Positions 27,277-37,527 of a DNA stretch of 64,000 nucleotides are shown here, one piece after another. The translations under genes were made by a program, and so were the position numbers. The stretch comes from an uncultured Bacteroidales bacterium (GTDB taxonomy: Bacteria > Bacteroidota > Bacteroidia > Bacteroidales > FEN-979): the NCBI GenBank assembly GCA_903837605.1, contig CAILVF010000036.1, forward strand, positions 8,186 through 72,185, written 5' to 3'. Position 1 is the first letter of the stretch. Every line of letters begins with the position of its first letter. The notes beneath the pieces were generated by a model. It had not been told where the DNA came from. It was given only the letters and a program-made list of their open reading frames with translations, and did no database searches.

Positions 27277-28365
27277 TCAGGCTTTATAAACCGGGTAATC
27301 GGTATAGCCCTTTGCATCAGCAGTATAAAACAAGTCCATATGTAGATCCTGTGATAAAGGCCAGTTGTTTTTCAGCCTTTCCACTAGGTCAGGATTATTG
27401 ATAAACGGGCGACCAAATGCAATCAGGTCACCCAACCCGCTTTGAATATCTTTCTCGGCTCTTTCCTTGTCATATGCTCCTGACAGAATGATATCATTTT
27501 TAAAATTGTTCCGGATGAGGTTCTTGATCTTTAGGGGAACTTCCGGGGCTCCCATTGCAGAATGATCAACAATATGGATATATACAATTCCAAGCTTGTT
27601 GAGATGATAGGAAAGATAATTATAAGTAGCGTCGATTTCGGGATAAAGAGGCATGTCGCTTGCAACTCCGTAAGGGGATAAGCGGATCCCGGTTTTTCTG
27701 CTTCCGATTTCATCGGCAACAGCAGCCACTATTTCAAGGACAAAACGGCTGCGGTTTTCAATGCTGCCCCCATACTTATCTTTACGGATATTGCTGACAG
27801 GCGACAAAAACTGCTCCAGCAAGTACCCATTGGCTGCATGCAGTTCAACACCATCGAATCCCGCCTCTACTGCATTCTTTGATGCAGCTACAAATTGTGC
27901 TGTTGTTTGTACAAGGTCTTCTGCTGACATCTCCTTAGGAACAGGAAAATCCTGCATCTTTTGCAAGTCAGTCCACATCTGTCCGGAAGCTTTTACAGCC
28001 GAAGGTGCAATTATTTGAGCCCCTGCAGGCATGTTAAGGCGATGGCTTATTCTACCCGTATGCATAAACTGAACAAAAATCTTTCCCCCGGCGTCATGCA
28101 CTGCCGCAGTGGTCTTTTTCCATCCCTCCACCTGCTTTGTGCTATAGATCCCGGGTATCCGGGCATAACCCAAACCATTGGGCGATGGAGAAGTTCCCTC
28201 TGTTATAATTAACCCAGCACTTGCCCTTTGTTTATAATATTCTGCCATTAGCTCAGTTGGAATATTCCCATTAGCCCTGCACCTTGTCATAGGCGCCATT
28301 ACTATATGATTTATTAATTCAACTGATCCAATTTCTATTGGAGAGAATATTTTGTACGTGTTCAT
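27277..28365 (-). CDS. Old Yellow Enzyme family NAD(P)H:flavin oxidoreductase / alkene reductase (NemA/OPR-like)
   Basis: 362 aa. 'HIVMAPMTRCRA','FVQFMHTGR','GVELHAANGYLLEQFL','FGRPFINNPDLV' are OYE hallmarks. Confidence 0.88.
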   Translation of the reverse strand: MNTYKIFSPIEIGSVELINHIVMAPMTRCRANGNIPTELMAEYYKQRASAGLIITEGTSPSPNGLGYARIPGIYSTKQVEGWKKTTAAVHDAGGKIFVQFMHTGRISHRLNMPAGAQIIAPSAVKASGQMWTDLQKMQDFPVPKEMSAEDLVQTTAQFVAASKNAVEAGFDGVELHAANGYLLEQFLSPVSNIRKDKYGGSIENRSRFVLEIVAAVADEIGSRKTGIRLSPYGVASDMPLYPEIDATYNYLSYHLNKLGIVYIHIVDHSAMGAPEVPLKIKNLIRNNFKNDIILSGAYDKERAEKDIQSGLGDLIAFGRPFINNPDLVERLKNNWPLSQDLHMDLFYTADAKGYTDYPVYKA

Positions 28366-28471
28366 ATCGCCTTTTTGTTAATTTAATGTTCCTGTTGAAA
28401 ACTTAGCTCACCAGCTGTTCCCGGCCCCGGAATTATAAATAGATTTTCCCGCTCTCAAATTGGTCTGGAAA

Positions 28472-28819
28472 TTATTCGTACCCGCTTTTTATAATGGTAG
28501 AAATCATTTTGAATCTTTTATTTGCTTTTACACTGTTTGATGTATGTGCAGGGATTATAATTGATTGGCCGGTTTCTAATAAATTAGAAGCCCCGTCAAT
28601 CACTATTTCAGCACTCCCGTCGATGATCTGGACAAAGGTGTCGAAGGGAATAGTTTTTTCAGCCATGGCTTCACCACTGTCACATGAAACAGCCGTGACG
28701 TTTCCCGTTGTCTTTTTTATTATTGTCTTGATGACCACTGCATTGGGAACATATTCAATGATCTCAACAATAATAAAGGCCTTCGACTTCTGAATTTCGT
28801 TGGATAAAACAGGTTTCAT
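28472..28819 (-). CDS. Small cupin-domain protein
   Basis: 115 aa with a beta-rich cupin_2-like pattern ('FVQIIDGSAEIVIDG..LETGQSIIIPAHTSNSV'). Confidence 0.6.
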   Translation of the reverse strand: MKPVLSNEIQKSKAFIIVEIIEYVPNAVVIKTIIKKTTGNVTAVSCDSGEAMAEKTIPFDTFVQIIDGSAEIVIDGASNLLETGQSIIIPAHTSNSVKANKRFKMISTIIKSGYE

Positions 28820-28899
28820 GGGTAAATTGAATTACCCGACAAAGGTCAGGACCTTTATCCCCGGAAACATTACACAATTATGGGAATAAGTTACATTAT

Positions 28900-29460
28900 T
28901 CACACATTGCCCAATGCCTCACGCCTTTTCTTTTTAAGCTGTTTGAAGTGGGAAGGAGTGAGCCCTGTAATTTTTTTGAACTGGTTTGACAGATGGGCTA
29001 CACTGCTGTAATGAAGTTTATAGGCAATTTCGGTGAGACTAAGCTCGTCGTAAACGAGTAATTCTTTTACCTTTTCAATTTTATGGGCCAGGTAAAACTT
29101 CTCAATAGTCGTCCCTTTAACCTCAGTAAAAAGATTGGAAAGATAGGTGTAATTATGATTAAGTTTTTCGGCCAGGTAATCTGAAAGATTTATTTTAATC
29201 TGGTCTTCGGTGTAATGGACCAGTTCGATGATGACCATTTTGATCCTTTCTACAAGGAGGCTCTTTTTATCATCCATCAATTCAAGCCCCGACTTTCTCA
29301 AGGCAATATCCAGCTCTGCCAGTTGCTGTTCTGATATATCATCCTTAATATCAGCCTCACCCAGGTCTACAGCAACATAATGAACGCCCAGCTTTTTCAA
29401 CTCGGCTTTTACAACCATTTTACAACGGATGCAAACCATATTTTTGATATAGAGCTTCAA
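28900..29460 (-). CDS. AraC-family transcription regulator with N-terminal HMA/ferredoxin-like CxxC domain
   Basis: The C-terminus has an AraC HTH ('LTEIAYKLHYSSVAHLSNQFKKITGLTPSHF'). The N-terminus reads 'MKLYIKNMVCIRCKMVVKAELKKLG'. Confidence 0.8.
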   Translation of the reverse strand: MKLYIKNMVCIRCKMVVKAELKKLGVHYVAVDLGEADIKDDISEQQLAELDIALRKSGLELMDDKKSLLVERIKMVIIELVHYTEDQIKINLSDYLAEKLNHNYTYLSNLFTEVKGTTIEKFYLAHKIEKVKELLVYDELSLTEIAYKLHYSSVAHLSNQFKKITGLTPSHFKQLKKKRREALGNV

Positions 29461-29528
29461 TGAATCATAGGGCTTTCAGTAAAAGTATTAATTTATTTCA
29501 AGAAAGTCAAATTTTATAATTCCGGGAT

Positions 29529-30539
29529 TCAGCTGAATTTTAATTTCCTGAAACTCACCATCTCCTGGGTTTTTTCATTCCATAAACGGAAAGTAAGAGT
29601 CTTGAAACCGGGCCAGAACCTCAGGGGTTTGATGCCGTTGAACATGGCGTTCTCCTGGTGGCATTTCGAGAGGTTATAATTGGGAATGAGGGGACTGAGA
29701 TGATGAATATGGTGGAACCCGATATTGCCTGTGAAATATTGAAGGACAGCTGGGAGCTCGTAATAAGAACTTCCTTCCAGCGCCACTTGTTTATAATTCC
29801 AGTTCTCGTTCCTGGCCCAGAGAGTAGGGTTGAACTGGTGCTGAACATAAAACAGCCAGAAACCAAGGATGCCGGCTATGTAAATAACAGGAAACTGTAC
29901 CAGGATGAACGCTTTCACGCCAATCAGCAGGCTCATTGAAACAGCAATCAGCAGCAGGCCTGCATTGGTTATATAAACGCCCATCCGCCCTTTCTGATCC
30001 ATATGTTTTTTTGTGAACCTGTTGCCTATAAGGAATACGTAAAGAGGACCGATACCGAACATGGTAAGGGGATTCCTGTAAAACCTGTAAACAACCTTTC
30101 TCCAGCGCGAACTTTCTTTATACTCATCCACGGTCATGGTCCATACATCACCGGTTCCCCTTTTATCAAGATTCCCAACGGTTTCATGATGGATATAATG
30201 GTTTTTTGACCAGCTGTAATATGGCGTAAATGTGAGGATCCCCAATAAGATCCCTGTAATGTTGTTCAGCTTTCCCGATTTGAAAAAGGAACCATGTCCA
30301 CAGTCATGAAAGATTATAAATAAGCGTACAAGCATTCCGGCCGCAGGAATTGAAAGCCCGAGAGTGATCCAGTAGGAAACGGAAAGGCTTAAATACATTA
30401 AAAATAAGGCAAGAAAGTAAAGCAGGAGGTTGGAGGTCAATTGCACCCAGCTCCTCAGACGGTTCGGGTGGTTGTACCTTTTGACTATCTGCACCCAGGA
30501 CATTTCGGGTATCGCATTTTGGAGATTCAAAGAACTCAT
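29529..30539 (-). CDS. Membrane fatty-acid desaturase (three His-box di-iron family)
   Basis: His boxes 'HDCGH','HYIHHE' and 'HHIHHL' with hydrophobic spans between them. ATG at 30539 preferred over the upstream TTG. Confidence 0.85.
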   Translation of the reverse strand: MSSLNLQNAIPEMSWVQIVKRYNHPNRLRSWVQLTSNLLLYFLALFLMYLSLSVSYWITLGLSIPAAGMLVRLFIIFHDCGHGSFFKSGKLNNITGILLGILTFTPYYSWSKNHYIHHETVGNLDKRGTGDVWTMTVDEYKESSRWRKVVYRFYRNPLTMFGIGPLYVFLIGNRFTKKHMDQKGRMGVYITNAGLLLIAVSMSLLIGVKAFILVQFPVIYIAGILGFWLFYVQHQFNPTLWARNENWNYKQVALEGSSYYELPAVLQYFTGNIGFHHIHHLSPLIPNYNLSKCHQENAMFNGIKPLRFWPGFKTLTFRLWNEKTQEMVSFRKLKFS

Positions 30540-30651
30540 GATAAATAAAATAAAACACAAAGGTACGACATATAACTGCCAATTGTTTGTTTAGATCAAA
30601 TTAAAATAAACAAACCTCCGGCCGGAATGTGTCAAAAACAGGTTTATTCAG

Positions 30652-30659
30652 TATGTTTG
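30652..30659 (+). promoter_or_regulatory. Bacteroidota-type -7 box TATGTTTG
   Basis: TAnnTTTG match 38 nt upstream of the MFS gene start. Confidence 0.45.
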
Positions 30660-30696
30660 TATATGACATTATGATCAAACAAAATAAGGGATACTT

Positions 30697-32004
30697 ATGA
30701 CAGGCATTCCTGTTTCTGATATTCAGGGCTTGCGGCCGAAACTGCTTAACGAATCCTTAACCATAACCAGGGTCCATTACAAGATCCTGGGCATGAGCTG
30801 GGCCGGCTGGGTATTTGATTTTTACGATCTTATACTGTTCACCTTTCTGCTGATCCCTATCTCAAAAGAGTATAATTTTTCGAATCTGCAGATGTCGTAT
30901 GTGCTTGGCGCCAGCCTTGCAGCAACAGCAATAGGAGGGGTTATCTTCGGAGTACTGTCTGACCGTTTCGGCCGCAAACCGGTATTACAATGGACTATCC
31001 TGACTTATTCCATAGGTACGTTTCTCTCGGGCTTTGCAGGGAGTTTCTGGCTGCTGATGGTTTTCAGGGTGCTTACAGGCCTGGGTGTAGGCGGGGAATG
31101 GGGTACAGGGCAGACATATATAGGTGAAACATTCCCTGCAAAGGTCCGCGGACGTTATTGCGCCATGATGCAAACCGGCGCCCCGCTTGGTATTGCACTT
31201 GCTTCCATAGTGGGAGGACTCATCTCTCCGCATATTGGCTGGAGGGCCTGTTTCTTCATTTCACTTCTCCCGGCTGTTATGGTCCTGTTTATCAGGAGGC
31301 ATCTGCCTGAATCTGACTTATGGCTTCTCAGGAAAAAAGCAACCAAAAAGGACCCTGCAAAAGGCAGTTATAAAAGAAATAAAACTGTTCAGCAGTTTCA
31401 GGAGCTCCTGTCGGTGGAAAACAGGAAATATTTTATTCTTGGCCTGGTGCTGGCAGTCTTCGATATGTCGGCATACTGGCTTACCTACTCATGGATGCCC
31501 GGCTACCTTCATGCTGAAAGGCATTTTACACTCACCAAATCGGCATTCTGGATTCTTGTAACCCAAACGGGGGGATTCCTGGGCTACCTCATCTTCGGGT
31601 TTGTTGCTGACCGCCTGGGCAGGCGGCCGGCATACAGCATGTATTCGGTGATCATGGCCCTCGGACTGGTCATGGTAACGATATTCTGGGATGTCATCGT
31701 GATCTACCCGCTGATTATACTTGCTTTCATGTTCATGGTAGGATTCGGAACCGGGATGTTCGGCGGATTTGGTTCACTGTTTTCAGAGCTTTTTCCCACT
31801 TCAGTGCGCAGTACGGCAATGGGATCTGCGTTCAATCTTGCAAGGGGGATACAGTTCTTCACCCCTGTCATCATTTCCATTATTGCCGTGAAATACGGGC
31901 TTGGAGGAGGGATCTCGCTGGCGGCTTTGTTTGCACTGCTGACAGGTGCATGGATATGGACCTTTCCTGAAACCAGGCAAAAAAAGCTGTACTCCGGGGA
32001 TTAA
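30697..32004 (+). CDS. MFS transporter (12-TM, sugar-porter/metabolite:H+ symporter-like)
   Basis: 435 aa. The MFS loop motif occurs twice ('GVLSDRFGRKP','FVADRLGRRP'). 'GEWGTGQTYIGETFPAKVRG' also fits. Confidence 0.85.
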   Translation: MTGIPVSDIQGLRPKLLNESLTITRVHYKILGMSWAGWVFDFYDLILFTFLLIPISKEYNFSNLQMSYVLGASLAATAIGGVIFGVLSDRFGRKPVLQWTILTYSIGTFLSGFAGSFWLLMVFRVLTGLGVGGEWGTGQTYIGETFPAKVRGRYCAMMQTGAPLGIALASIVGGLISPHIGWRACFFISLLPAVMVLFIRRHLPESDLWLLRKKATKKDPAKGSYKRNKTVQQFQELLSVENRKYFILGLVLAVFDMSAYWLTYSWMPGYLHAERHFTLTKSAFWILVTQTGGFLGYLIFGFVADRLGRRPAYSMYSVIMALGLVMVTIFWDVIVIYPLIILAFMFMVGFGTGMFGGFGSLFSELFPTSVRSTAMGSAFNLARGIQFFTPVIISIIAVKYGLGGGISLAALFALLTGAWIWTFPETRQKKLYSGD

Positions 32005-32049
32005 AACTAATTCATTATTATTATCTTTGATAATCAATGAGCAAGGGTC

Positions 32050-33105
32050 ATGAAACGAAAGCTGGTATTTTTTGGCATAATCGGGGTGATCATCATACTG
32101 CTGCTGATCAGGATATTTTCAGGTTCAGGCAGTAAAAAGACCGAAGCGGCTGCGGCCTTAAAACCGGTCGTCCCTGTCGAAGTGTTTATCGCCCGCGATA
32201 CTTCCATGGTATACCAGCTCTCCACCATCGGCTCTTTAAGGGCCAATGAAAGCGTGGAAATCGTAAGCGAGATCAGCAAAAAAGTCATTACGGTCCACCT
32301 GAAAGAAGGCTCATCGGTGAGCCGGGGGCAACTGCTTTTCAAGCTTGATGATGCGGAAATCGTTGCAAGGATAAACAAGCTGACTATAGAGGAAAAGCTT
32401 GCATCAACAAATGAAACCAGGCAAAAAGCACAGTTAGCCAAGGGCGGGATCAGCCAGGAGCAATACGATGAAACCCAGAACCACCTGAACACCATCAGGG
32501 CTGAAATAGAGATTCTGAAGGTTGATCTCTCGAAAACTGAGATCAGGGCCCCGTTTGCAGGCAAGATAGGGGTAAGGAACGTCAGCGAAGGAGCGCTTGT
32601 CAACCCGAACATGGTTTTGGCCAGTCTCCAGGATGTGAGTAAAATAAAAATTGATTTCTCAATTCCCGAGCGTTATGCCGGGGACCTTCACCAGGGTTCG
32701 GGGATTTCATTTACAACCGATTATTCAACCAAAGCCTATAAAGCGGTAATTGAAGCCGTGGAACCCGATGTGGAAAAAAAGACCAGGACGATCTTATTGC
32801 GTGCTGTATGTGAAAACAGGGATGGCAGCCTGGTCCCGGGAGCTTCGGTGAGGGTTGAACTCAACCTGCTGGCCCTGGATAAAAAACTTTTCATTCCTAC
32901 TGCAGCCCTTATCCCTACAGTGAAAGGATATGACGTTTACCTGATGAAATCAGGCAAAGCGGTCCTCCAGCCTGTAACAACAGGGATCCGGAACAAGCTT
33001 TCGGTCCAGATAGTTGAAGGCCTGGCACTGGGTGATACCATCGTTGTGACAAATCTTCTCAGAATAAAACCCGATTCCCCCCTGAAGCTGGTGAAACTGA
33101 ATTAA
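32050..33105 (+). CDS. RND efflux periplasmic adaptor (membrane fusion protein, HlyD family)
   Basis: 351 aa. N-terminal TM, coiled-coil hairpin, and 'IRAPFAGKIG' lipoyl-like motif. Confidence 0.88.
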   Translation: MKRKLVFFGIIGVIIILLLIRIFSGSGSKKTEAAAALKPVVPVEVFIARDTSMVYQLSTIGSLRANESVEIVSEISKKVITVHLKEGSSVSRGQLLFKLDDAEIVARINKLTIEEKLASTNETRQKAQLAKGGISQEQYDETQNHLNTIRAEIEILKVDLSKTEIRAPFAGKIGVRNVSEGALVNPNMVLASLQDVSKIKIDFSIPERYAGDLHQGSGISFTTDYSTKAYKAVIEAVEPDVEKKTRTILLRAVCENRDGSLVPGASVRVELNLLALDKKLFIPTAALIPTVKGYDVYLMKSGKAVLQPVTTGIRNKLSVQIVEGLALGDTIVVTNLLRIKPDSPLKLVKLN

Positions 33106-33106
33106 T

Positions 33107-36100
33107 ATGAGTCTCTCATCCGTCAGTATTAAAAGGCCGGTCCTGGCAATTGTATTCTCCCTGCTGATCGTTATTTTCGGACTGGTCAGCTATTCATACC
33201 TGGGTATAAGGGAATACCCTGCAATGGATCCACCCATTGTTACGGTTACCACCAATTATTCGGGGGCGAATGCCGAGATCATACAGGCCCAGATCACCGA
33301 ACCTCTTGAAGATGCCATCAACGGTATTGAAGGGATCAGGGTGCTGTCTTCAATTTCCAATGACCAGACCTCCCTCATCACGGTTGAATTCAACCTGGGC
33401 AACGATATGGAAGCCGCAGCCAATGATGTGCGCGACAGGGTATCCAAAACCATCAGCCAGCTCCCCAAGGATGTTGACCCGCCCATCGTTGAGAAGCTGA
33501 GCGCCAACACCAACGCGATCATTTTCATGGTCATCCGCTCATACCAGCATAATATCATGGAGGTGAATGCCCTGATGGAAAACGTGATCAAGGAAAGGCT
33601 TCAGACTATCCCGGGGGTGGGCGACATCAAGATCTTCGGCGAAAAAAATATTCGATGAGGCTCTGGCTGGATCCATATAAAATGGCATCCTGCGGCATCA
33701 CCACCCTTGACATCCAGAAAGCAATAGCGAGGGAAAATATCGAGCTTCCTTCAGGACGTGTTGAGGGGAATATGACCGAGCTTACTATCCGAACCCTGGG
33801 CCTCATGCAAAGCCCCGAACAGTATAACAATATGATCATACGTCAGGAAGGCGGGAACATCATCCGCCTGAGCGACATCGGCACCGCAGAGCTGTATCCC
33901 CAAAACGACCGCTCTACCGTGATGATGGACCTGCTGCCTGTCCTGATCATTGGTGTGGTGCCCCAGAACAACGCGAACAATGTGGCTATTGCCGATGAGT
34001 TTTACCGCAGGATGGCGAAAATGAAAGATGAGATCCCGGCCGAATATTCTATCAGCATCGGTTATGATTTTACCAAATTCGAGAGAAAAGCCGTAAAGGA
34101 AGTCCGCCAGACCATCCTTCTTTCGCTCATACTGGTGATCCTGATCATCTTCTTCTTCCTGCGAGACTGGAGGTCTACCATTATACCTGTCGTTGCGATC
34201 CCGGTCTCGCTTATAGGGGCTTTTATCCTGATGGCCCTGTTCGGGCTTTCCATCAATGTGCTTACCCTGCTGGCGGTGGTCCTGGCGATAGGACTGGTAT
34301 GCGATGATGCCATCATTGTGCTTGAAAATATCCACGCAAAAGTCAGTAAAGGCATGCACCCGCTTACAGCCGCCAACGAAGGGATGAACGAGATTTTCTT
34401 TGCGGTTATCTCAACGACCATAGTGCTGGCGGCTGTTTTCATACCGGTGATGTTCCTGCAGGGCCTGGTAGGCAGGCTTTTCAGGGAATTTGCGATCGTG
34501 GTTGCAGGTTCTGTGATGATATCAGCTTTCGTTGCCCTGACCCTTTCGCCAATGATGTGTTCCCGTATTTTGAAACCCCGGGACGACAGAAAACCAAACT
34601 GGCTCATCCGCACTACAGATCCCTTCTTTGAATACCTCAACAAGGCTTACGTAAGTTCCCTGGAAAATTTCCTGAAACGCAGGTGGATGGCATTGCCCCT
34701 CTTCCTGGCCATTACCGCGCTGATCTATGTGTTTTACAAGTCCCTTCATTCGGAACTGGCTCCTTTCGAGGACCGCAATAACATACGTATCCCTACTCTT
34801 GCACCTGAAGGTTCCACGTATGAGTTCATGGATAAATACATGGCCAGGGTGGATAAATATTTCAGGGATTCGGTACCTGAGGTGTCAACCTATTTTTATA
34901 TGATCTCGCCCAGTATGGGGGCAAGGGATAATCCGAACAAGGGCATGGAAATAGTTTACCTTCAGGATGCGGAAAAACGAAAACGCGGCCAGCATGAAAT
35001 TTTCGTTAAAGCAGCCAGGGAACTTCAGCAGATCACGGGGATCCGCTGTTTCCCCTTCGAGCCGCCTACAATAGGCGACAGGTTCTCGGGCCAGCCGCTG
35101 CAGTATGTGCTGCAGGCGCCCAACCTGGTGATGCTCAAAGATGTATTGCCCCACTTTCTCGAGGAGGCAAGGAAACTGCCGATACTGCAGTTTGTAGATG
35201 CCGATTTCAAGATCAACAAGCCTGAACTGAGGATCACGGTGAACCGCGACAAAGCCTCGCTTCTGAACGTCTCTACAGAGGAAATAGCCCGTACGCTGCA
35301 GCTCAGCCTGAGCGGGCAACGGTATGAATATTTCATTTTCGAGGGCAAGCAGTACGAGATCATAGGCCAGCTTATGCCCAGGTTCCGCAACGACCCGGAT
35401 GCATTAAAAGCCCTCTATGTAAGAAGCATGAAAGGAGACCTTGTTCCCCTGGATAACCTCATCAGGGTTGAGGAAAATATCAATCCGGCCGCAATCTATT
35501 CTTATAACCGCTATATCTCGGCAACCATTTCGGCAGGCCTTACCCAGGGGGCGACCCTTGGCGACGGCATCAGGGAGCTCGACAGGATAGCAAAGGAGAT
35601 CCTTCCGCCGAATATAAAAACCAACCTCGCAGGGCAAAGCCGCGATTACAGGGAAAGTTCATCAAGCCTGATCTTCGTATTCATTCTCGGGATCATCCTG
35701 ATCTTCCTTATCCTTGCCGCCCAGTTCGAAAGTTTCGTTGACCCTTTCATCATCCTGCTTACAGTCCCCCTTGCTATTGCAGGCGCCTTGTTCTCACTAT
35801 GGTATTTTAAACAAACCCTTAATATTTTCAGTGAGATCGGGATCGTCATGCTGATAGGACTGGTCACAAAGAACGGGATCCTCATCGTCGAATTTGCAAA
35901 CCAGCGAAAACAGGCCGGGCTGGCTAAACTCGGGGCGGTGCAGGCTGCGGCGGCATCGAGGTTCAGGCCTATACTCATGACCTCATCGGCCATGGTGCTT
36001 GGAATACTCCCCATCGCCCTGAATATTGGGGCTTCTTCGGAAAGCCGGCAGTCTCTGGGGATTGCGGTGGTAGGCGGACTGATCTTCTCCACTTTCCTTA

Positions 36101-36156
36101 CGCTATTTATCATTCCTGCATTCTATACGTTCTTATCCCGGGATATAAAAAAATGA
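33107..36156 (+). pseudogene. RND (AcrB/HAE1-type) efflux permease, reading frame interrupted at an A7 tract (ORFs 33107..33658 and 33655..36156)
   Basis: The 183-aa N-terminal piece ('SIKRPVLAIVFSLLIV..') and the 833-aa remainder ('MRLWLDPYKMA..') together give ~1016 aa of contiguous AcrB-like sequence. The frames differ by -1 at ggcgAAAAAAAtattcgATGagg. Confidence 0.85.
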
Positions 36157-37460
36157 GGAGAAATACATTCATCATCGGGATTATTCTGATTTTCGGGGCA
36201 TGCACAATGCAGGCCCAGGACCTCCTGACTATCGACCGGGCGATTGAGATAGGGTTGTCAAATAATTACGGGATCAATATTGCCAAAAATTCACAGCAGA
36301 TCTCCGTTAACAACGCTACGCCTGGAAATGCAGGGATGCTGCCGAAGATCGATCTGAATGCCGGGTATGCTCATGGGCTGAGCAACGCAAAAGTCTCGAA
36401 CCTGGCGGGCTACGAGCTTGAAAACTCAAAAGCGAACTCCGATCTTTTCACTGCAGGCATCAACCTGAACTGGACGGTCTTCGACGGGCTTAAGATGTTC
36501 ATTACTTATGACAAGCTGAAAAAGCTCGAAGAGATTGGAGATCTTAATGTGAAGATATCTGTTGAACGCACCCTGGCAAGGATCATGGCTGCCTACTATG
36601 AAATAATACGCCAGGAAAAGGAAACGGAGATCATGAAGGACCAGGTCGGGATCTCGGAGTTCAGGCTTGAACTGGCCAGGCTTAAATATGAGACAGGCAG
36701 CGGTTCAGAGCTTGAATACCTTAAAGCAAGGGTGGAACTGAATGCCGATATAGCAAACCTTTCGAGCCAGAAGACCGTTTACATGAACTCCCTGGCTACC
36801 CTCAACGAACTGATGGCAAGGGATGTCACCTCTAAATTCACGGTAAAGGACACCATCCTTATCAATTACAAGCTGAACTATGATTCCTTAAGGGCCGGGA
36901 TGCGCGAAGCTAACAGGAACCTGCTCCTGTACAACAGGAACATAGATGTAAGCGCTCTGGATATGAAATCGGCCAGGGCTGTGCAATGGCCCACTATCGG
37001 CCTTACGACTGGCATAAATTACCTGAACAACCAGACTGAAGCGAACATCGTCAACTACAACCGGAATTTCGGGGCTGTGGTGGGAGTTACGGCTTATATG
37101 AACATTTTCGACGGGCTGAACCTCCAGAGGGATTACAGGAATGCAAAAATTTCCTATGCTTCTTCAGAACTGGAAGTGAAACAATTGGAAAACCAGCTCG
37201 AGGCCCACCTGCTAAGGATCTATAATGAATACCTGAACCAGCTGGAACTTTTAACATTTGAAAAGGAAAATGTTACCCTGGCCGATAAAAATATGGATAT
37301 TGCAAAGGAAAGTTTTGAAGTGGGGGCCATCTCCTCCCTACAGCTGCGGGAGATCCAGAAGAACCTGCTCGACGCCAATACACGCCTTGTGGATGCGGAG
37401 TTCAGAACTAAACTGACCGAGACGGCACTGCTCCTGATCAGCGGTAAATTGTTAAAGTAA
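36153..37460 (+). CDS. TolC-family outer-membrane efflux protein
   Basis: 435 aa with a signal peptide and two OEP-type repeats. ATGA-type overlap with the RND gene. Confidence 0.85.
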   Translation: MRRNTFIIGIILIFGACTMQAQDLLTIDRAIEIGLSNNYGINIAKNSQQISVNNATPGNAGMLPKIDLNAGYAHGLSNAKVSNLAGYELENSKANSDLFTAGINLNWTVFDGLKMFITYDKLKKLEEIGDLNVKISVERTLARIMAAYYEIIRQEKETEIMKDQVGISEFRLELARLKYETGSGSELEYLKARVELNADIANLSSQKTVYMNSLATLNELMARDVTSKFTVKDTILINYKLNYDSLRAGMREANRNLLLYNRNIDVSALDMKSARAVQWPTIGLTTGINYLNNQTEANIVNYNRNFGAVVGVTAYMNIFDGLNLQRDYRNAKISYASSELEVKQLENQLEAHLLRIYNEYLNQLELLTFEKENVTLADKNMDIAKESFEVGAISSLQLREIQKNLLDANTRLVDAEFRTKLTETALLLISGKLLK

Positions 37461-37527
37461 TTTGAAGGCGGATCAGGAATTAACAATGATCTGGCAAACA
37501 GGCAAATTCTTCAATTTTGACGGCGGA

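Noticed and set aside
33655-36156. Treating the 833-aa RND ORF as an independent gene starting at the ATG at 33655.
   Set aside because: It would lack TM1 and the first periplasmic subdomain, which are encoded by the preceding 183-codon ORF in the +1-offset frame. The two pieces join seamlessly at the A7 tract, so this is a single interrupted gene.
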